Positions 60,801 through 64,000 of a stretch of 64,000 nt of DNA are shown here, piece by piece. The position numbers and the translations under genes are program-made. The notes below the pieces were generated by a model. The model was not told the origin of the DNA, searched no databases, and saw only the letters and a program-made list of their open reading frames with translations. Within the stretch, counting starts at the first letter, position 1, and each line of letters starts with the position of its first letter. Location of the stretch: positions 248,001 through 312,000 of the forward strand of contig OZ218960.1 of NCBI GenBank assembly GCA_965112735.1, written 5' to 3'. This stretch comes from Phaeosaccion multiseriatum (lineage: Eukaryota > Protista > Ochrophyta, other classes).

Positions 60801-63106
60801 GGCAGTGAGGCAGTGAGGTAGTGAGGCAGTGAGGCAGTGAGGCAGTGAGGCAGCGAGGCAGTGAGGCAGCGAGGCAGCGAGGCAGTGAGGTAGTGAGGCA
60901 GTGGGGCAGTGAGGCAGGGAGGCAGTGAGGCAATGAGGCAGTGAGGCAGTGAGGCAGTGAGGCAGTGAGGCAGTGAGGCAGTGAGGCAGCGAGGCAGTGA
61001 GGCAGTGAGGCAGCGAGGTAGTGAGGCAGTGAGGCAGTGAGGCAGTGAGGTAGTGAGGCAGTGAGGCAGCGAGGCAGCGAGGCAGCGAGGCAGTGAGGCA
61101 GTGAGGCAGTGAGGCAGTGAGGCAGTGAGGCAGTGAGGCAGCGAGGCAGTGAGGCAGTGAGGCAGTGAGGCAGTGAGGCAGCGTGGCAGTGAGGCAGTGA
61201 GGCAGTGAGGCAGCGTGGCAGTAAGGCCCCTCCCTCGCCCCTCACCTCAACTGGAGATGATCGCCGATCATGATGATGTGTTGCGTGCTGGGCGATATCG
61301 ACGAGAGGATGTGTGCCTCCAAGATCTCGCACGCCTGTGTGGGGAAATAGCGACATGGGTGGGTAGAAGACACAGAGTCCATTCATTTGTTGCCTAGTGT
61401 TGAGTGGGTGTAAAGCGGGTCAGAGCCGGAGGGAAGAGGAAGGCACAGAGGCAGAAAGCCGTCCTCCATCCACTGCCATCTCCACCACCATCTACTGCCA
61501 TGGTCTTGCTCTCATGCTTCAATACCAATACATACCTCCTCCACGAGCAAGACGCTGCAGTTGGCTCTGCGGAGGAGATCTGCATTCATGGCAGCTCCTG
61601 TTGTGGTGCAGGCAATCACCCTGGCCAGTGATCGAGGAGTGAGGAGCGAGGAGAAAGCAAGACGGGCCATCAGGGGCAAAGACAGGGCAAAGACAGGGCA
61701 ACAACAGGGCAACAACAGCAGCAACAACGTAGGGGCACTCTACACACCTGACTTTGTCCACCAGTTCGTAGTCCGCCACCTTCTTGAGGTCCTTGAGCTC
61801 GTTGCCGAGGTCGTCGTACTCAGCCATCTGTGATGCGAGATCCAAGCGCTTCTCCCGCCGGATGGACTCGTGCCATGTTTCGAGCAGCTTCACTCGCTCC
61901 TGTATCAGTAAGTCAAGGAATGGGTTGGGGGTTAGTTTCATCGATTGGCTAGTAGGGCATACCCGCAAGACGTGTCCATCTATCTGTCAGCAGGCGGACT
62001 GACTAGACTGACTAGCTAGTGCTCTAGCCGATGGTTCAAGGGTTACAAAGCGCAAGGGTACAGTATGCATATCTCATCAGAGCCACTTGTCACTTTACCA
62101 CTTGCCTCCTTGGACTTGGCCCACAGATTGTCTGCTGACACCAGGTAGGTGGGGGGGGACAGGGGGAGCAGGGGTGGCAGAGGCGGGACGGTGAGGAGGG
62201 AAGGAGGGTCTGAACATGAGCCGAAGGGATGGGGAGGGCCAATCAGGAGGGAGGCGCTGTGGTGTAGGCCCACGAAAAGTGAGCAAGCAGGAGAGCCAAA
62301 GCAACAAGGAGCCAAAGGAGCCAAAGAAGCCAAAGAAGCCAAAGAAGCCAAAGAAGCCGGTTCCGTACCGCTCGCCTCCGACGCCTTGAGGCGAGTGGGC
62401 AAGGAGGAAGTCTTCTTGCCGCTTCGCCAGTCACGTATCACGCTGTCGATGCCGGCCTTCTTGCCATTCCTGCCCACTAGCGTCGCTCCATGCTCTTCCC
62501 GGATCGCGAGGGAGAGCTGGTTGTGGTACTCATCCTCCCCTTGCTGACGCAACCAGTCGAGGACGATGGAATAGGACGGCGTCATGTTGGGCCTCAGGAG
62601 CCTCTGCCCCCGCTCTATCATGCCCTCCAGGTCCTCCATCTGGCTCAATATCACGCCGTGACGTCTGCGCTGACAGGCGCTGAAGGACCCCCCGCCGCCG
62701 TTCCTCGCGAGCCCTGCTTCCTCGCTCTTCTGCCTGATGGTGTACTTCTCCATATCAGCGTCTCTACTGCCCCTACCCAGGCGAAGCATATCCGTGATGC
62801 CTGGTGTAGATGGTAGTGGATGGCAGTGGATGGCAGTGGATGGCAGTCGATGACAGTGAACGGCAGTGGATGGCAGTGAATGGCAGTGAACGGCAGTGGA
62901 TGGCAATGGATGGCAGTGGGTGGCAGTTGATGGCAGTGGACGGTATGGACGGACAGTAGCGCGGGAGGTGAGCGGGGAGCGAGGTGCGCGCTGTCTCCCG
63001 TATGCTTGCCAACCAGCCCGAACGCCTGTCTGTCTGTCTGTCTGTCTGTCTGCCTGCCTGTGTGTCTGTCTCTGTCTGTCTGTCTGTCTGTCTGTCTGCC
63101 TGTCTA

Positions 63107-63143
<37 letters not shown>

Positions 63144-64000
63144 ACGTCTGTCTGCCTGCCTACTGCCTGCCTTCCCGTATGCCTGTCTGCCTGCCTCCCT
63201 GTCTGCCTGCCTGCCTGTCTGTCTGTTTATCTGCCCACATGCCTGCCAACCGCTCCTCCCCAGTGCTCCTCTCCAGTGCACATTCCTGATGTGCTTGAGT
63301 AGTCGGCCTGCCCATATGCCTACGCCTTACTGACTTACTGACCTTTCGCCTCCAAGTCCTTCATAAAGGCATCCAGCGCGTGGTTCGTGTAACAGACGGT
63401 CAGGATCTTGGCCTCGGTGTTCTGCACAAGGGCGGGGGGGGTACCACAGAGCAAAGTGGCGAAGCAAGAGGGGGGGATAGCAAGAGAGTAAGAGCCCGCC
63501 CACGAATGGTATGGCAGGGTGAGTGTGTGTGTGTCTACCTGCTCTCTCTGCCTCTGCAGATCCCCTATTTCCTTCGCTTGCCACCACCAAAGTCCTCCCT
63601 AGAGGCATACGTGCAGGCTTGAGCATCTGCTTACCTCAAGGATGGCCCGCGCCAGGAGGGCTCCGATGAACGTCTTTCCTGCTCATGTTGGGCATCCAGC
63701 AAGTGCATATCCGAAAAGAACAAGTTGAGGGTGTGACAGAGTCGCAGAGAGGGGGCCGTGAGGCTTGCTGGAGAACGGGCAAGGCAGGGCAGGGCGGAGA
63801 TCTCCTCCCTAAATTGCCGACTCTGTTGAAGCGAGTAATGCACACACGCACATACACACACACATACACACACGTACGCACTCACTCACTCACGCACGCA
63901 CGCACGCACACCTCCTCACCGGTTCCAGGGGGGCCCTGAATTAGCGCGATGGCTTGCTGCAGAGCCCCCTCCACCGCGGCCCTCTGACTGGGGTCCAGCA
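47460..64000 (-). CDS. ZNFX1-like UPF1-family SF1 helicase with Cys/His zinc region, fused to three CbbX/SpoVK-type AAA+ domains; 5' end outside window
   Basis: Helicase motifs: [84 protein letters not shown]. Zn region: [23 protein letters not shown]...[15 protein letters not shown]1: [36 protein letters not shown]2: [32 protein letters not shown]3: [29 protein letters not shown]. Stop at 47462-47460. Confidence 0.9.
49583..49980. repeat. (GGAG)n tetranucleotide array in a helicase-AAA intron
   Basis: Visible directly, with periodic GACA interruptions. Confidence 0.95.
50821..50898. repeat. (GGAGG)n pentanucleotide repeat
   Basis: Visible directly. Confidence 0.95.
54625..54829. repeat. 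Direct duplication of about 55-60 bp followed by (TA)n
   Basis: gcgaatagcatggatggg...cctgctcctcgccttcgcctccacgaccacacgcatg occurs at 54625-54684 and 54706-54760; (AT)n spans 54763-54829. Confidence 0.9.
60397..61222. repeat. (GAGGCAGT)n octamer tandem array in a helicase intron
   Basis: About 100 units. It fills the intron 61245-60369 that splits GDHLQL/RP. Confidence 0.95.
62810..63225. repeat. Compound intronic repeats (GGCAGTGGAT)n and (CTGT/CTGC)n
   Basis: Decamer units at 62810-62940 and tetramer units at 63026-63225. Confidence 0.9.

Noticed and set aside
60397-61222. CRISPR array, telomere or coding repeat (LTASLPHC ORFs)
   Set aside because: Pure octamer tandem with no spacers, located inside a GT-AG intron that splits a conserved helicase motif.
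1-64000. Functional gene cluster or operon, prophage, transposase
   Set aside because: The genes are functionally unrelated eukaryotic intron-containing loci. No transposase, reverse transcriptase, integrase or viral hallmark motifs were recognised.

Overview
Eukaryotic, GC-rich, intron-dense genomic DNA with microsatellites in most introns. It is most consistent with a flagellate photosynthetic stramenopile (ochrophyte). This is inferred from a signal peptide plus ASAF-type plastid motif on a small HSP and from the ciliary gene TMEM107. Eleven protein-coding genes were reconstructed by hand from splice sites and motifs: VPS26 (last exon), TMEM107, UAP56/DDX39, a two-domain cytidine deaminase-like protein, an HSF, RAD17, an ethylene-receptor-like hybrid histidine kinase, an intronless TPR protein, a Cnd1/condensin-like HEAT protein, a tandem-domain small HSP, and a 5'-truncated giant ZNFX1-like SF1 helicase fused to three CbbX/SpoVK-type AAA+ modules and a Cys-rich tail. 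Three observations stand out. (1) The kinase retains all seven canonical ETR1 ethylene/copper-binding residues, in a PAS-containing, GAF-less architecture. (2) The helicase-Zn-3xAAA+ fusion is a candidate RNA-sensing defence machine. (3) A 13-bp motif, CAGTTGGTGATAC, occurs 11 times exactly plus variants, in exons (three reading frames) and near intron acceptors, often interrupting CAG runs. Also seen: several GC-AG introns, strict strand alternation of the first ten genes, and an apparently exonic 430-bp (GAG)n tract. All models are manual; no database search was run.
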